A stretch of DNA of 64,000 bases from Deltaproteobacteria bacterium (lineage in GTDB: Bacteria; JAGRBM01; JAHCIT01): positions 71,021 to 135,020 of the forward strand of contig JAHCIT010000008.1 in NCBI GenBank assembly GCA_026129095.1, given 5' to 3'. The notes under the pieces are model-generated. The model was not told the DNA's origin and searched no databases. It saw only the letters and a program-made list of their open reading frames with translations. This document shows, piece by piece, positions 31,680 through 40,982 of this stretch. Numbering within the stretch: the stretch's first letter is position 1; every line of letters starts with the position of its first letter. Both the position numbers and the translations under genes were made by a program.

Positions 31680-32636
31680 ATGACGGGATTTCCCCACCAG
31701 ATACCGGCCGCTGTCACGCTGGCCCCCATGGACGGGCTCACCGATGCCCCGGCGCGGGCCCTGCTCACCTCGTATGGCGGCATCAGCTACTGCACGACCG
31801 AGTTTGTCCGGGTCTCCGGAACGCCCCTGCCCGAGCGGGTGCTCCTGAAGGAATGCCCGGAGCTTCTCAGCGGCGGGCGCACTCCTTCCGGCACTCCGGT
31901 ATCCGTACAAATACTGGGCGGCGATCCGAAGCTGATGGCTGAAACCGCACGCCGGCTGGCTGCGCTCGGAGCACTGGCGATCGACATCAACTTCGGCTGC
32001 CCGGCCAGATGCGTGAACCGCCACGACGGGGGATCGGCCCTGCTTCGCTATCCGGACCGCCTGTATGCCATCGTTGCCGCGGTACGTGATGCGGTGCCGG
32101 ATGCAGCCCCTGTTTCGGCCAAGATCCGCCTTGGCTTTGCCAGTCCGGACGATGTTTTCACCAATGCCCCGCAGATCGAGCGGGCTGGCGCCACCTGGCT
32201 CACGCTCCATGCCCGCACCCGCGAGCAGCAGTACAAGCCGTTCGCCGACTGGGAACGGATCCGGCGGGTCAGGGAGTGCGTAAAACTTCCACTTGTCGCC
32301 AACGGCGATGTTTTTGTTCCTGCCGACATCGGACGGTGCCGGGCGGCCACCGGAACGCAGCATGTGATGGCCGGACGCGGCGTTATTGCCGATCCGTTCT
32401 TCTTCGCCGCGACGCGGCCCTATTCCGGCAACCGGTTCCTGATCGAACTGGCCCGCGCCTGTCTCTCCCGACCGGGCGGACCATCGCCGGTCCAGATCAC
32501 GGCGCGCCTGAAGCACTGGGCAAAGGCGATCCTTCCGGAAGCAGGCTTTGGCATCTTCAAACGGTTCAGCGAGCTGGACCCGGCGCTTCACTACCTTGAG
32601 GCAACGGACCCGGACCCCCTGCGCGCCTGCGCCTGA
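31680..32636 (+). CDS. tRNA-dihydrouridine synthase family (DusC-like)
   Basis: LAPMDGLTD, DINFGCPA, SAKIRLG, LHARTR, ANGDV, MAGRG; start 31680 or 31641. Confidence 0.88.
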   Translation: MTGFPHQIPAAVTLAPMDGLTDAPARALLTSYGGISYCTTEFVRVSGTPLPERVLLKECPELLSGGRTPSGTPVSVQILGGDPKLMAETARRLAALGALAIDINFGCPARCVNRHDGGSALLRYPDRLYAIVAAVRDAVPDAAPVSAKIRLGFASPDDVFTNAPQIERAGATWLTLHARTREQQYKPFADWERIRRVRECVKLPLVANGDVFVPADIGRCRAATGTQHVMAGRGVIADPFFFAATRPYSGNRFLIELARACLSRPGGPSPVQITARLKHWAKAILPEAGFGIFKRFSELDPALHYLEATDPDPLRACA

Positions 32637-32688
32637 CGGCCGAAGGCCTGTCGCCAATCCCGCAGCTCCGTAGTATGAGTGCGTCCCT

Positions 32689-33297
32689 ATGGATATCCGC
32701 ACCCGGAAACTCCTCGACATGGACCGCGCAGGCGAAGCCCGCGAGATCATGCCTGACGAAAAAGTTCCTTTCGAATGTGGCGGCTGCGGCGGCTGCTGCC
32801 ACCATGTTGAAGTCCCGCTCACCGATCACGACCTCAGGCAGATTGCCGCCCACTTCCAGGTCACACCCCGCGATTTCATGGCCCGGTACGGGGAGTTCAC
32901 CGCCTGGAACGGTTTTCTCCCGGTGGCCAAGCTGAAGTTCCTTCCCGACGGCTCCTGTCCGTTCCTGAAACCGAATGGCCACTGCGCCGTGCATCCCGCC
33001 CGGCCACTTGCCTGCCGCCTGTTCCCCTATGCCCGGATCGCAACGGCTGATGGCCGCTCGCGGTGGTTCAAGCTGGGCGAGAGCCGCCATTCGGGCTGCC
33101 CGTCCGGCCCGGGTACTCCGCGACGGACGGTGACCGAATACCTCGAAAACCAGCAGGCCGCTCCGGCCCTCGCCGCGGAAGATGCCTTTATCACCCGGTG
33201 CCGGGAGATTCTCGCCCGGTCGGGTCCGTTCGACCTGCTGGAGGAACTCATGGCCTTTCGCAGCCGCGTACGGGAACTGTATGGCGACGTCTGGTAA
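32689..33297 (+). CDS. YkgJ-family cysteine-cluster protein (CxxCxxCC)
   Basis: FECGGCGGCC, CPFL, CAVHPARPLACRLFP. Confidence 0.88.
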   Translation: MDIRTRKLLDMDRAGEAREIMPDEKVPFECGGCGGCCHHVEVPLTDHDLRQIAAHFQVTPRDFMARYGEFTAWNGFLPVAKLKFLPDGSCPFLKPNGHCAVHPARPLACRLFPYARIATADGRSRWFKLGESRHSGCPSGPGTPRRTVTEYLENQQAAPALAAEDAFITRCREILARSGPFDLLEELMAFRSRVRELYGDVW

Positions 33298-33312
33298 ACT
33301 GCATTTGTCCTT

Positions 33313-34194
33313 ATGAAGAACACACTGCTCGCCCTTGCCGTTGTCATCATCGGCCTCCTCATCGGGGAGTATGCCGCCCGTCAGGTGGACTGGGCCGGCA
33401 CCCGGGTGCTGGAGCGGAATCCCGAATGGTACGAAACCGATGCGGCGGGTTTCCGTCAGCCGCCGACGCCGCTGGGCGCCCGTGTGCCGGAACTGGTCCG
33501 GATCGCAGTGCTCTCGGGCGATGAGACATGGGGGCCCGGCGTTGAAACCCAGTACCTGTGGACCGTCGGGCTTGAAAAGGAACTGGGCGGATGGGCCCAG
33601 GTGATGAACCGCGCACTTCTCGGAGCGAATGCCGCCGGATCGGCCGCCACCATCGCCTCGGTCATGCCGGACAAACCGGACATCATCCTGTGGGCGGTCT
33701 CCCCGGCGATGCTGCTGGAATCGCCGGACACGATGGACCCCAATCCGGCCAGATGGCCCGCCTGGTGGCGGCTGGGAACCATGCTGGAGCGGGCGCTGCT
33801 CAGCGGGCGCCAGGCCGCCATGCAGAGCGGCAACCGCAACGGCCGCCTCGCGGCGGCCGGTGGCTCGCCAGATTCACCCGGCATACGGCTGCTGGACGGT
33901 TCCCTGAACCTGATCGGGGAAATGGTCATCTCAAATGGCGGCCGCCTCGTCGCTTTCATCCTCCCGGACTTCGGACAGGACGCCAACTACAGTCTCCTGC
34001 CCGTTCACGACCAGATGGCAGCCACGTTCCGGCGCTGGAACGTGCCGGTCATTGATCCCGTTGTGAACTACCGGATGCAGGACACACGGATGCTTCGGCT
34101 CGACAGGTTCCACTTCGTTCCCAGCAATGAAGGGCACGAATTCCTGGCCAAAGAGGCGGCCAAGGGGCTGCGCGGGCTGAGCCTCGCCCCCTGA
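33313..34194 (+). CDS. SGNH/GDSL-fold-like membrane-anchored protein, degenerate catalytic motifs
   Basis: N-terminal TM; RIAVLSGDETWG, QVMNRALLG, KPDIIL, DRFHFVPSNEGH. Confidence 0.6.
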   Translation: MKNTLLALAVVIIGLLIGEYAARQVDWAGTRVLERNPEWYETDAAGFRQPPTPLGARVPELVRIAVLSGDETWGPGVETQYLWTVGLEKELGGWAQVMNRALLGANAAGSAATIASVMPDKPDIILWAVSPAMLLESPDTMDPNPARWPAWWRLGTMLERALLSGRQAAMQSGNRNGRLAAAGGSPDSPGIRLLDGSLNLIGEMVISNGGRLVAFILPDFGQDANYSLLPVHDQMAATFRRWNVPVIDPVVNYRMQDTRMLRLDRFHFVPSNEGHEFLAKEAAKGLRGLSLAP

Positions 34195-34231
34195 GCCATT
34201 CAACATAACTACTTGTAATTACTAATTAAAC

Positions 34232-34306
34232 TGGTGGGCGATACAGGATTCGAACCTGTGACTTCCACCGTGTGAAAGTGGCACTCTACCGCTGAGTTAA
34301 TCGCCC
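34232..34306 (-). tRNA. tRNA-Val (CAC)
   Basis: Reverse complement GGGCGATTAACTCAGCGGTAGAGTGCCACT-TTCACAC-GGTGGAAGTCACAGGTTCGAATCCTGTATCGCCCACCA; cloverleaf with encoded CCA. Confidence 0.97.
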
Positions 34307-34352
34307 AGATGACCCCGGAATGAACGGGCTGGCGTTCCCGCCAAGGCCCTCA

Positions 34353-34447
34353 CATATAGAGAAACCGGGTAGCTCCGTCAACGGGGTTCAGGCCGCGTCC
34401 TTGCGTAAACCTGCGTCCTTGACGCCCCCACAGGCGGACACTAGACA
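34353..34447. promoter_or_regulatory. Divergent sigma70-like promoters for tRNA-Val and tRNA-Gln-prs
   Basis: Minus: TTGACG(34381-34376)-N17-TATATG; plus: TTGACG(34419-34424)-N17-TAGACA; GCGTCCTTG repeated at 34395 and 34413. Confidence 0.55.
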
Positions 34448-34569
34448 CTGGGTTCCCAAGGCGGCCGGTAACAGGCCGTGGGGTGGGAATTGGACACCCG
34501 CCGCCATTTAGCATGACGGGGGGACGGCCCGGCCGTAAAACGTCTTGCCCCGGCTGCCGGGGCGACAGT

Positions 34570-34643
34570 TCCGGGTTCGTCTAATGGTAGGACAGCAGGT
34601 TTTGATCCTGTGAATGGGGGTTCGATTCCCTCACCCGGATCCA
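34570..34643 (+). tRNA. tRNA-Gln (TTG)
   Basis: TCCGGGT..GCAGG-TTTTGAT-CCTGT..GGTTCGATTCC..ACCCGGATCCA; usual position before prs. Confidence 0.96.
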
Positions 34644-34701
34644 CAAGTGGCAGTATTCGCAAGGCCGTAAGGGGCCTTTCAGCTCCGGCAAGGAACCTCT
34701 G

Positions 34702-35643
34702 GTGCAGGTTGGCAAGATAAAACTGTTCACGGGCAACTCGAACGCCCAGCTCGCCAAGGCAATCTCGAACTACCTCGGGATTCCGCTGGGCCGTGCGTCG
34801 ATCCGCCGTTTTGCCGACGGCGAGGTGTTCGCCCAGATCGACGAGAACGTCCGAAACATGGATGTCTTCATCGTCCAGTCCACCTGCGCGCCGGTGAACG
34901 ATGCGGTGATGGAACTGCTCATCATCATGGATGCCGTGCGCCGGGCGTCGGCCGCGTCGATCACGGCCGTGATCCCCTATTACGGGTATGCCCGTCAGGA
35001 CCGGAAGGTCGCTCCCCGGACACCGATCAGCGCCAAGCTGGTCGCCGACCTGCTGCAGACCGCCGGTGCCACCCGGGTGCTGGCCATGGACCTCCACGCA
35101 GGCCAGATACAGGGATTTTTCAACATTCCCGTCGATAACGTATTCGCCACGCCGGTCCTCCTCCGGGCGATCACCGACCTCAACCTGAAGGACCAGGTGA
35201 TCGTCTCCCCGGATGCCGGCGGCACCGAACGCGCCCGTGCCATCGCCAAGCGGGTAGACGCCCAGCTCGCGGTCATTGACAAGCGCCGCCCGATGCCCAA
35301 TGTCGCCGAAATCGTGAACGTGATCGGCGAGGTCGAGGGCAAGGATGCCATCATCATCGATGACATCATTGACACCGCCGGAACGCTCTGCGCCGCCGCC
35401 CAGGTGCTGCATGAAAAGGGCGCGAAATCGGTTTATGCGGCCGCCACCCACGGCGTGTTTTCGCCGCCGGCCATCGAGCGGATCGAGAAAAGCGTACTGA
35501 CGAAGGTCCTCGTCACCGACACCATTCCGGTGAACGGACCGGGCCCGAACAGCAAGATCCAGCAGCTCAGCGTGGCCGAACTGCTCGGAGAAGCCATCAA
35601 ACGGATTTACTACGGAGAGTCGCTCAGCCAGCTCTTCGTCTGA
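34702..35643 (+). CDS. prs: Ribose-phosphate pyrophosphokinase
   Basis: FADGEV, PYYGYARQDRK, DLHAGQIQGFF, VSPDAGG, DDIIDTAGT. Confidence 0.98.
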   Translation: MQVGKIKLFTGNSNAQLAKAISNYLGIPLGRASIRRFADGEVFAQIDENVRNMDVFIVQSTCAPVNDAVMELLIIMDAVRRASAASITAVIPYYGYARQDRKVAPRTPISAKLVADLLQTAGATRVLAMDLHAGQIQGFFNIPVDNVFATPVLLRAITDLNLKDQVIVSPDAGGTERARAIAKRVDAQLAVIDKRRPMPNVAEIVNVIGEVEGKDAIIIDDIIDTAGTLCAAAQVLHEKGAKSVYAAATHGVFSPPAIERIEKSVLTKVLVTDTIPVNGPGPNSKIQQLSVAELLGEAIKRIYYGESLSQLFV

Positions 35644-35704
35644 AACAGTCTTATCTGGCCGGGACCGGGGTTCAGCAGGGAACGCCCGTAACAGGCCTAA
35701 AACC

Positions 35705-36481
35705 ATGGAGACCCATATGTCCGCGCAAGCACAACCCGTAACCGTCACCATTCGCCAAGGGAGCGGCAAGAACGTCAACCGCCGCCTCCGCCAGGCCAGC
35801 CTCATCCCTGGGATTTTCTACGGTCCCGGCGCCCAGCCGGTGCCGCTGGCCACCAATCCCAAGGACCTGCTGGCTGCGATCAAGACCGAGCGCCGGGAGA
35901 ACACCCTGCTCCAGCTCAAGACCGAGAAGGGCGGCACGCCAGTCGATGGCAAGTTCGTGCTGCTCAAGGACTACCAGCGTGATCCGATCTCCCGGGACCT
36001 GATCCATGTGGACTTCCTCGAAGTTGCCCTGGACCGTGAGGTGAAGGTCGAGGTGCCGGTCCATGTCACCGGCAAGTCCAAGGGCGTCGTGGAGGGCGGT
36101 ATCCTCACGCTGCTCATGCACAAGATCGAGCTGTGGTGCCTCCCGGACCGCATCCCGTCCTTCTTCGAGGTCGACGTGACGGAACTGGGCATTGGCGGAA
36201 GCCTCCATCTGTCCGATGTCACCTTCCCGGCAGGCGTGCGCCACGCCTACCACACGGCGCGGACGATCGCGGCCGTTGTTGCTCCGGAAGCCGAGGAGAA
36301 GCCGACCGAGGCACAGGCCGCAGAGGCAGTTGCTGCCGCTGGAGCCGCTGCTGCCGCCGCCGCTGCGGGTGGAGCCGCTGCAGCCGCGGGTGCTGCCGCC
36401 CCAGCCGCTGGCGCTGCCGCCCCGGCGGCGGGCGCTGCCAAGGGCGCAGACGCCAAGGCCGCCCCCGCCAAGAAGAAGTAA
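35705..36481 (+). CDS. rplY: 50S ribosomal protein L25/Ctc with Ala-rich C-terminal tail
   Basis: RRLRQASLIPGIFYG, YQRDP..HVDF, GVVEGG; prs-rplY-pth synteny. Confidence 0.95.
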   Translation: METHMSAQAQPVTVTIRQGSGKNVNRRLRQASLIPGIFYGPGAQPVPLATNPKDLLAAIKTERRENTLLQLKTEKGGTPVDGKFVLLKDYQRDPISRDLIHVDFLEVALDREVKVEVPVHVTGKSKGVVEGGILTLLMHKIELWCLPDRIPSFFEVDVTELGIGGSLHLSDVTFPAGVRHAYHTARTIAAVVAPEAEEKPTEAQAAEAVAAAGAAAAAAAAGGAAAAAGAAAPAAGAAAPAAGAAKGADAKAAPAKKK

Positions 36482-36506
36482 CCCTGAGTAAGGGGCTGCT
36501 TCTGGC

Positions 36507-37136
36507 ATGAAGCTGATCGTCGGGCTGGGAAACCCTGGCCCCAAGTACCAGCACACGCGGCACAACGTCGGTTTCATGGCCGTGGAGCGTCTGGCTGAAA
36601 AGCTGGGCGCCTCACGGCCAGTCCAGAAATACGACGCGATCGCAGCGGAAGCTAAAATCGGCGGTGAGCTGGCCTGGATCATCCAGCCGCAAACGTTCAT
36701 GAACCTGTCGGGCCGGAGTGTCGCGGGGTTCTGCCGGTTCTACAAGCTGAAGGCGGCAGACATGGTTGTGCTCCACGACGAAATCGACCTTCCCCTTGGG
36801 CGAATCCGGATCAAGCAGGGAGGCGGCGTGGCCGGACACAACGGACTCCGCAGCATTGTTGCCGACACCGGGACCGAGGATTTCTACCGCATCCGCATGG
36901 GAGTGGGCCGGCCCCTGGATGCACGGATGCAGGTTGTCGACTGGGTGCTCCAGCCATTCGCCGCTGATGAATCGGAGCGGGTCACCGCACTCGTCGAGGC
37001 CGCAGGAGAGGCGGTAGTCGCGCTCCTGACGGAAGGACTCGCCAGGGCGCAGGAGAAGTTCAACCGGCGGCCAGATCCCGGCAGCCCGGCTCCGGCGGCG
37101 AACACGCCGGGCAGTAACGGACCCGGAAAAAACTGA
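36507..37136 (+). CDS. pth: Peptidyl-tRNA hydrolase
   Basis: LIVGLGNPG..TRHNVGF, PQTFMNLSG, HDEIDL, GHNGLRS. Confidence 0.98.
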   Translation: MKLIVGLGNPGPKYQHTRHNVGFMAVERLAEKLGASRPVQKYDAIAAEAKIGGELAWIIQPQTFMNLSGRSVAGFCRFYKLKAADMVVLHDEIDLPLGRIRIKQGGGVAGHNGLRSIVADTGTEDFYRIRMGVGRPLDARMQVVDWVLQPFAADESERVTALVEAAGEAVVALLTEGLARAQEKFNRRPDPGSPAPAANTPGSNGPGKN

Positions 37137-37159
37137 AACAGGAGTCTTGAGAAAACCAT

Positions 37160-38254
37160 ATGGCACTTCAGGCAGGCATTGTGGGGCTCCCGAACGTCGG
37201 CAAGTCGACACTTTTCAACGCGCTGACGGCGGCGGGCATTCAGGCCGAGAACTACCCTTTCTGCACGATCGAGCCGAACCACGGCATCGTCGAGGTGCCC
37301 GATCCGCGGGTCAGAAAGCTCACCGAACTGGCCAAGCCACAGAAGGTGATCAACGCAACCGTCGAGTTCGTGGATATCGCCGGACTCGTGAAGGGAGCGT
37401 CCAAGGGCGAGGGCCTCGGCAACCAGTTCCTCGGCCATATCCGCGAAGTGGATGCCATCATCCATGTCGTCCGGTGTTTCGAAGACCCCAACGTGATTCA
37501 CGTGGACGGAAACGTAGATCCCGCCCGCGATGTCGAGGTGATCGAAATCGAACTGGTACTGGCCGATCTTGACACTGCCCAGAAGCGTTACGAGCGGGCA
37601 GCCGGCAAGGCGAAGTCTGGCGATGCAAAGCTCAAGGCCGAGTCGGACTTCTTCAAGCTGGTTCTGGATACCCTGGAAAAGGGTCAGCCGGCTTCGACCA
37701 TTGCTGTTCCAGACGAGTTCACCGGCGAGTTCCGCGCCTGCCACTTCATCACGGCCAAGCCCGTGCTGTTCGTGGCCAACGTGGACGAGGCGGGGCTGAA
37801 AAACGGCAATGCCCACGTGGAAAAGCTGAAAGCGATCGCCGCCAAGCGGAAGGCGGGCGTCATCCTGATCTGCTGCAAGATCGAGTCGGAGATCGCCGAA
37901 CTGGAAGGCGACGACAAGCTGGCGTTCCTCGCCGATCTGGGTCTGGAGGAACCGGGACTGAACCGTCTCATACGGGCCACCTATCAGCTTCTGGACCTCA
38001 TCACCTTCTTCACGGTGGGCGAGAAGGAAGTCCACGCCTGGCCGGTCAAGACGGGCAGCAAGGCACCGCAGGCGGCCGGGAGGATCCACACCGACTTCGA
38101 GCGGGGGTTCATCCGGGCCGAAGTCATCCACTACGCGGACTATGTGGCCTCCGGGTCCGAACACGGCGCCCGCGAGGCGGGGAAACTGGCCACCGAGGGC
38201 AAGGAATACGTTGTCCAGGATGGCGACGTGATGCACTTCCGGTTCAATGTCTGA
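37160..38254 (+). CDS. ychF: Redox-regulated ATPase YchF
   Basis: [52 protein letters not shown]. Confidence 0.98.
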   Translation: MALQAGIVGLPNVGKSTLFNALTAAGIQAENYPFCTIEPNHGIVEVPDPRVRKLTELAKPQKVINATVEFVDIAGLVKGASKGEGLGNQFLGHIREVDAIIHVVRCFEDPNVIHVDGNVDPARDVEVIEIELVLADLDTAQKRYERAAGKAKSGDAKLKAESDFFKLVLDTLEKGQPASTIAVPDEFTGEFRACHFITAKPVLFVANVDEAGLKNGNAHVEKLKAIAAKRKAGVILICCKIESEIAELEGDDKLAFLADLGLEEPGLNRLIRATYQLLDLITFFTVGEKEVHAWPVKTGSKAPQAAGRIHTDFERGFIRAEVIHYADYVASGSEHGAREAGKLATEGKEYVVQDGDVMHFRFNV

Positions 38255-38324
38255 AATTGACTCGCCAGTCAGTCCGGGCTACCCAGACTGACGCCCCGGT
38301 CATCTGCCGGGAGCCCAGCCCGGA

Positions 38325-38789
38325 GTGGAACCCATGCAGAATCCAGCCCCGCAGATCAGTCCGCAGTTCAAGCAGATGCTTGTGAAGACCATCCCGTTTG
38401 TGGAACGGGCCGGCATGACCGTCGAGGAGATGGAACCCCGCCGGGCCGTCGGCAAGATGCCGATCAAGCTGAACCTGAACCACGTCCAGATCATGTATGC
38501 CGGATCGCTGTTTACGCTGGCCGAGATCACCGGCGGAGCAATGCTCGCGGCCACCTTTGACCTCAGCAAATACCGCCTTGTGGTGAAGAGCTTCAACATC
38601 GAGTTCAAGAAACCTGTCAAGACCGACGCCCTGTGCGAGATCGCCTTCCCTGAGGAAGAAGTCGAACGGATCAAGAAGATCCTCGATACCGAGGGCCGCT
38701 CGGACTTCACCGTCAAGGGCGTCATCCGTGACATGAACGGTGTGGAAGCCGCCTTCTCGACCGCCGTTTACAACGCAAAGAAAATCTGA
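38325..38789 (+). CDS. Hot-dog-fold (PaaI/YiiD-like) thioesterase
   Basis: NLNHVQIMYAGSLFTLAEITGG; IEFKKP. Confidence 0.8.
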   Translation: MEPMQNPAPQISPQFKQMLVKTIPFVERAGMTVEEMEPRRAVGKMPIKLNLNHVQIMYAGSLFTLAEITGGAMLAATFDLSKYRLVVKSFNIEFKKPVKTDALCEIAFPEEEVERIKKILDTEGRSDFTVKGVIRDMNGVEAAFSTAVYNAKKI

Positions 38790-38875
38790 CTTCCGGGGCT
38801 GAACGGCATCTTGGGATTGAGGATCAAGCCGGGTCCAAAAGGCTTTCCGATTACTCCAGGAGAGTGCGAAGGCCA

Positions 38876-39024
38876 CTACGCACCATTACGCACCCCGACT
38901 GCGTAGCGGTGTTCTCAAAACCGTTCTCTACTGCCATTGTGGATAATTCCAGGCTACATAACTCGCTGAAATTACTGTCTTATTATTGTTACAACCGGGG
39001 ACGGTTCACGGCACGAACTATGCT
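38876..39024 (+). promoter_or_regulatory. Putative sigma54 promoter with upstream activator repeats, DnaA box and IHF-like site
   Basis: cGGCACGAACTATGCt with GG 39010-11 and GC 39022-23 (GG-N10-GC); TACGCA repeats 38877/38887 and inverted TGCGTA 38900; TGTGGATAA 38938-38946; AT-rich TAACTCGCTGAAATTACT 38959-38976. Confidence 0.55.
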
Positions 39025-39114
39025 TCATCCCGACCTGCTTGTTGCAACCTCGCCCTGAAGGCCAGTCGGACTGAAGGCGGGGTTTTGCACTACCAGCAGG
39101 GGGTTTGAGAAATC

Positions 39115-39345
39115 ATGCACCAGGTGGAAGAGAAGATCATCGATATCATCAGCCGCAAGTTCCACGTCGCGCCGGACAAGATCCGTCCGGACCTGGAACT
39201 CCGCCGTGACCTGAAGGGCTCGGATCTGGACCTGATCGAACTGCTCGTCGCCATCGAAAAGGATTGCGGCGTCGAGATCGACAGCCAGCGGGCTTCCCGT
39301 GTCCGCACCGTCCGCGACGCCTGCCAGCTCGCTGCCAGCGCCTGA
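39115..39345 (+). CDS. Acyl-carrier-protein-like protein lacking the canonical DSL serine
   Basis: Aligns ungapped with ACP (EEKIIDII..DLKGSDLDLIELLVAIEKDCGVEID..TV); DSL appears as SDL. Confidence 0.8.
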   Translation: MHQVEEKIIDIISRKFHVAPDKIRPDLELRRDLKGSDLDLIELLVAIEKDCGVEIDSQRASRVRTVRDACQLAASA

Positions 39346-39369
39346 CCGCGCCTCCAGACGGCAAACCCG

Positions 39370-39398
39370 AACGGCCCCGGAACCACCGGGGCCGTTTC
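39370..39398 (+). terminator. Hairpin after the ACP-like gene (possible terminator)
   Basis: AACGGCCCCGG-AACCA-CCGGGGCCGTT, 11-bp stem with only a short T run. Confidence 0.45.
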
Positions 39399-39509
39399 GC
39401 GTCTGGCGCGCTTTCATTCCCCCTCGCCCGTGGCTACGCTCGCCGCGCATTTCAGGCCCTCCGGCCGCGAAACGCCCAACACCACAGAACAAGGAACCTG
39501 CACCGCATC

Positions 39510-40982
39510 ATGGCCAAGAAACCCGCCAAGACCTCCCGGCTCAACATCAAGTCCGCCACGGGAATACCCGTCGCCCTCAAGCTCACAGGCAAGACCCGGA
39601 CCGAAAAGGATTCGCTCGGCGAGGTCCAGGTTCCGGTGGAGGCCCTGTACGGCGTCCAGACGTTCCGGGGCTACAACAACTTCCGGGTGTCGGGCCTCAC
39701 CGCCAACGAACAGCTCATCCGCGCCTATGTCATGATCAAGCGGAGCTGTGTCCTCGCCGCCAAACAGCTCAAGGACAAGGGGATGCCGCCCAAGGTGGCC
39801 GATGCGATTATCGCTGCCACCGACGAGGTTCTCGCGGGCAGGCATCATGAGCACTTTATCATCGACGTATTCCAGGCGGGTGCCGGGACCAGTTTCAACA
39901 TGAACACGAACGAGGTTCTGGCCAACCTCGCCCTGGAGCGCACCGGCAAGCCGCGCGGCGACTACAAGACGATCTCCCCGAACGACCATTCGAACTTCGG
40001 CCAGTCCACCAACGACACGATGCCGACCGCGCTCCGCCTGTCGGGGCTGATGCAGGGAGAGCGGCTGCTGCCGGTACTGGACAGCCTCATCAAGGCGTTC
40101 GACCGCAAGGCAGTCCAGTGGAAAGACATCATGAAGTCAGGGCGCACGCATCTCCAGGATGCGGTGCCCGTAACGCTCGGACAGGAGTTCCGGGCCTACG
40201 CCTCGGCGCTCAAGCGGTCCCGCCGCCGGCTCGCGCTCGCACTGGAGGAACTCCATGAACTCCCGATCGGCGGAAACGCCGTCGGAACGGGCGTGAATAC
40301 GCCCAAGGGATTCCAGAAACAGGCGATTGCCAACATCGCCAAGCTCACGTCCCTGCCCGTCCGGCCACCAGCCGATCCCCGCGAGCACATCCAGTCCCAG
40401 CAGCCGGTCGCGGCCGTTTCCGGTGCCCTGCGCGACCTGTGTCTGGAACTGACCCGAATCTCCAATGATCTCCGGCTCCTCTGCTCTGGCCCCACGACGG
40501 GGTTCGACGAGATCCGTCTTCCCGCCGTCCAGCCGGGCTCCTCGATCATGCCGGGCAAGGTGAACCCCGTCATGGCCGAATGCCTCAACATGGTCTGCTT
40601 CCATGTACTTGGCGCCGACACGGCGATTTCATATGCAGTGCAGGCAGGACAGCTGGAACTGAACGTCATGATGCCGCTCATGGCGTTTGAACTGCTGTTC
40701 TCGTTCGAAATCCTCATCAACTACCTGCCACAGTTCGAGGCCTCCTGCCTGGAAGGCATCGAGGCCCAGAAGGCGCGCTGCGAGGGTTACCTTGGCATGA
40801 ACCCCTCGCTCGCCACGATGCTGAACCCGTTCATCGGCTACCTCCGGGCGGCCGAGATCGCCAAGCAGTCGGTCAAGGAAAACCGGAGCGTCTTCGATCT
40901 CATCCGTGAGCAGAAGATCCTGACGGAAGCCCAGATCAAGACGGTCTTCTCGCCCAAAAACCTGACGGGCCATCTGGACTGA
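39510..40982 (+). CDS. aspA: Aspartate ammonia-lyase (fumarase/aspartase superfamily)
   Basis: QAGAGTSFNMNTNEV, QSTND, GRTHLQDAVP, GSSIMPGKVNP; start moved to ATG 39510. Confidence 0.85.
   Translation: MAKKPAKTSRLNIKSATGIPVALKLTGKTRTEKDSLGEVQVPVEALYGVQTFRGYNNFRVSGLTANEQLIRAYVMIKRSCVLAAKQLKDKGMPPKVADAIIAATDEVLAGRHHEHFIIDVFQAGAGTSFNMNTNEVLANLALERTGKPRGDYKTISPNDHSNFGQSTNDTMPTALRLSGLMQGERLLPVLDSLIKAFDRKAVQWKDIMKSGRTHLQDAVPVTLGQEFRAYASALKRSRRRLALALEELHELPIGGNAVGTGVNTPKGFQKQAIANIAKLTSLPVRPPADPREHIQSQQPVAAVSGALRDLCLELTRISNDLRLLCSGPTTGFDEIRLPAVQPGSSIMPGKVNPVMAECLNMVCFHVLGADTAISYAVQAGQLELNVMMPLMAFELLFSFEILINYLPQFEASCLEGIEAQKARCEGYLGMNPSLATMLNPFIGYLRAAEIAKQSVKENRSVFDLIREQKILTEAQIKTVFSPKNLTGHLD

Noticed and set aside
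34195-34700. Genomic island or prophage at the tRNA genes
   Set aside because: No integrase, no duplicated tRNA 3' end noticed and no compositional shift in flanking genes.
39264-39509. Long N-terminal extension on aspA
   Set aside because: Overlaps the ACP-like gene and its hairpin; Arg/Pro-rich non-coding character; ATG 39510 preferred.
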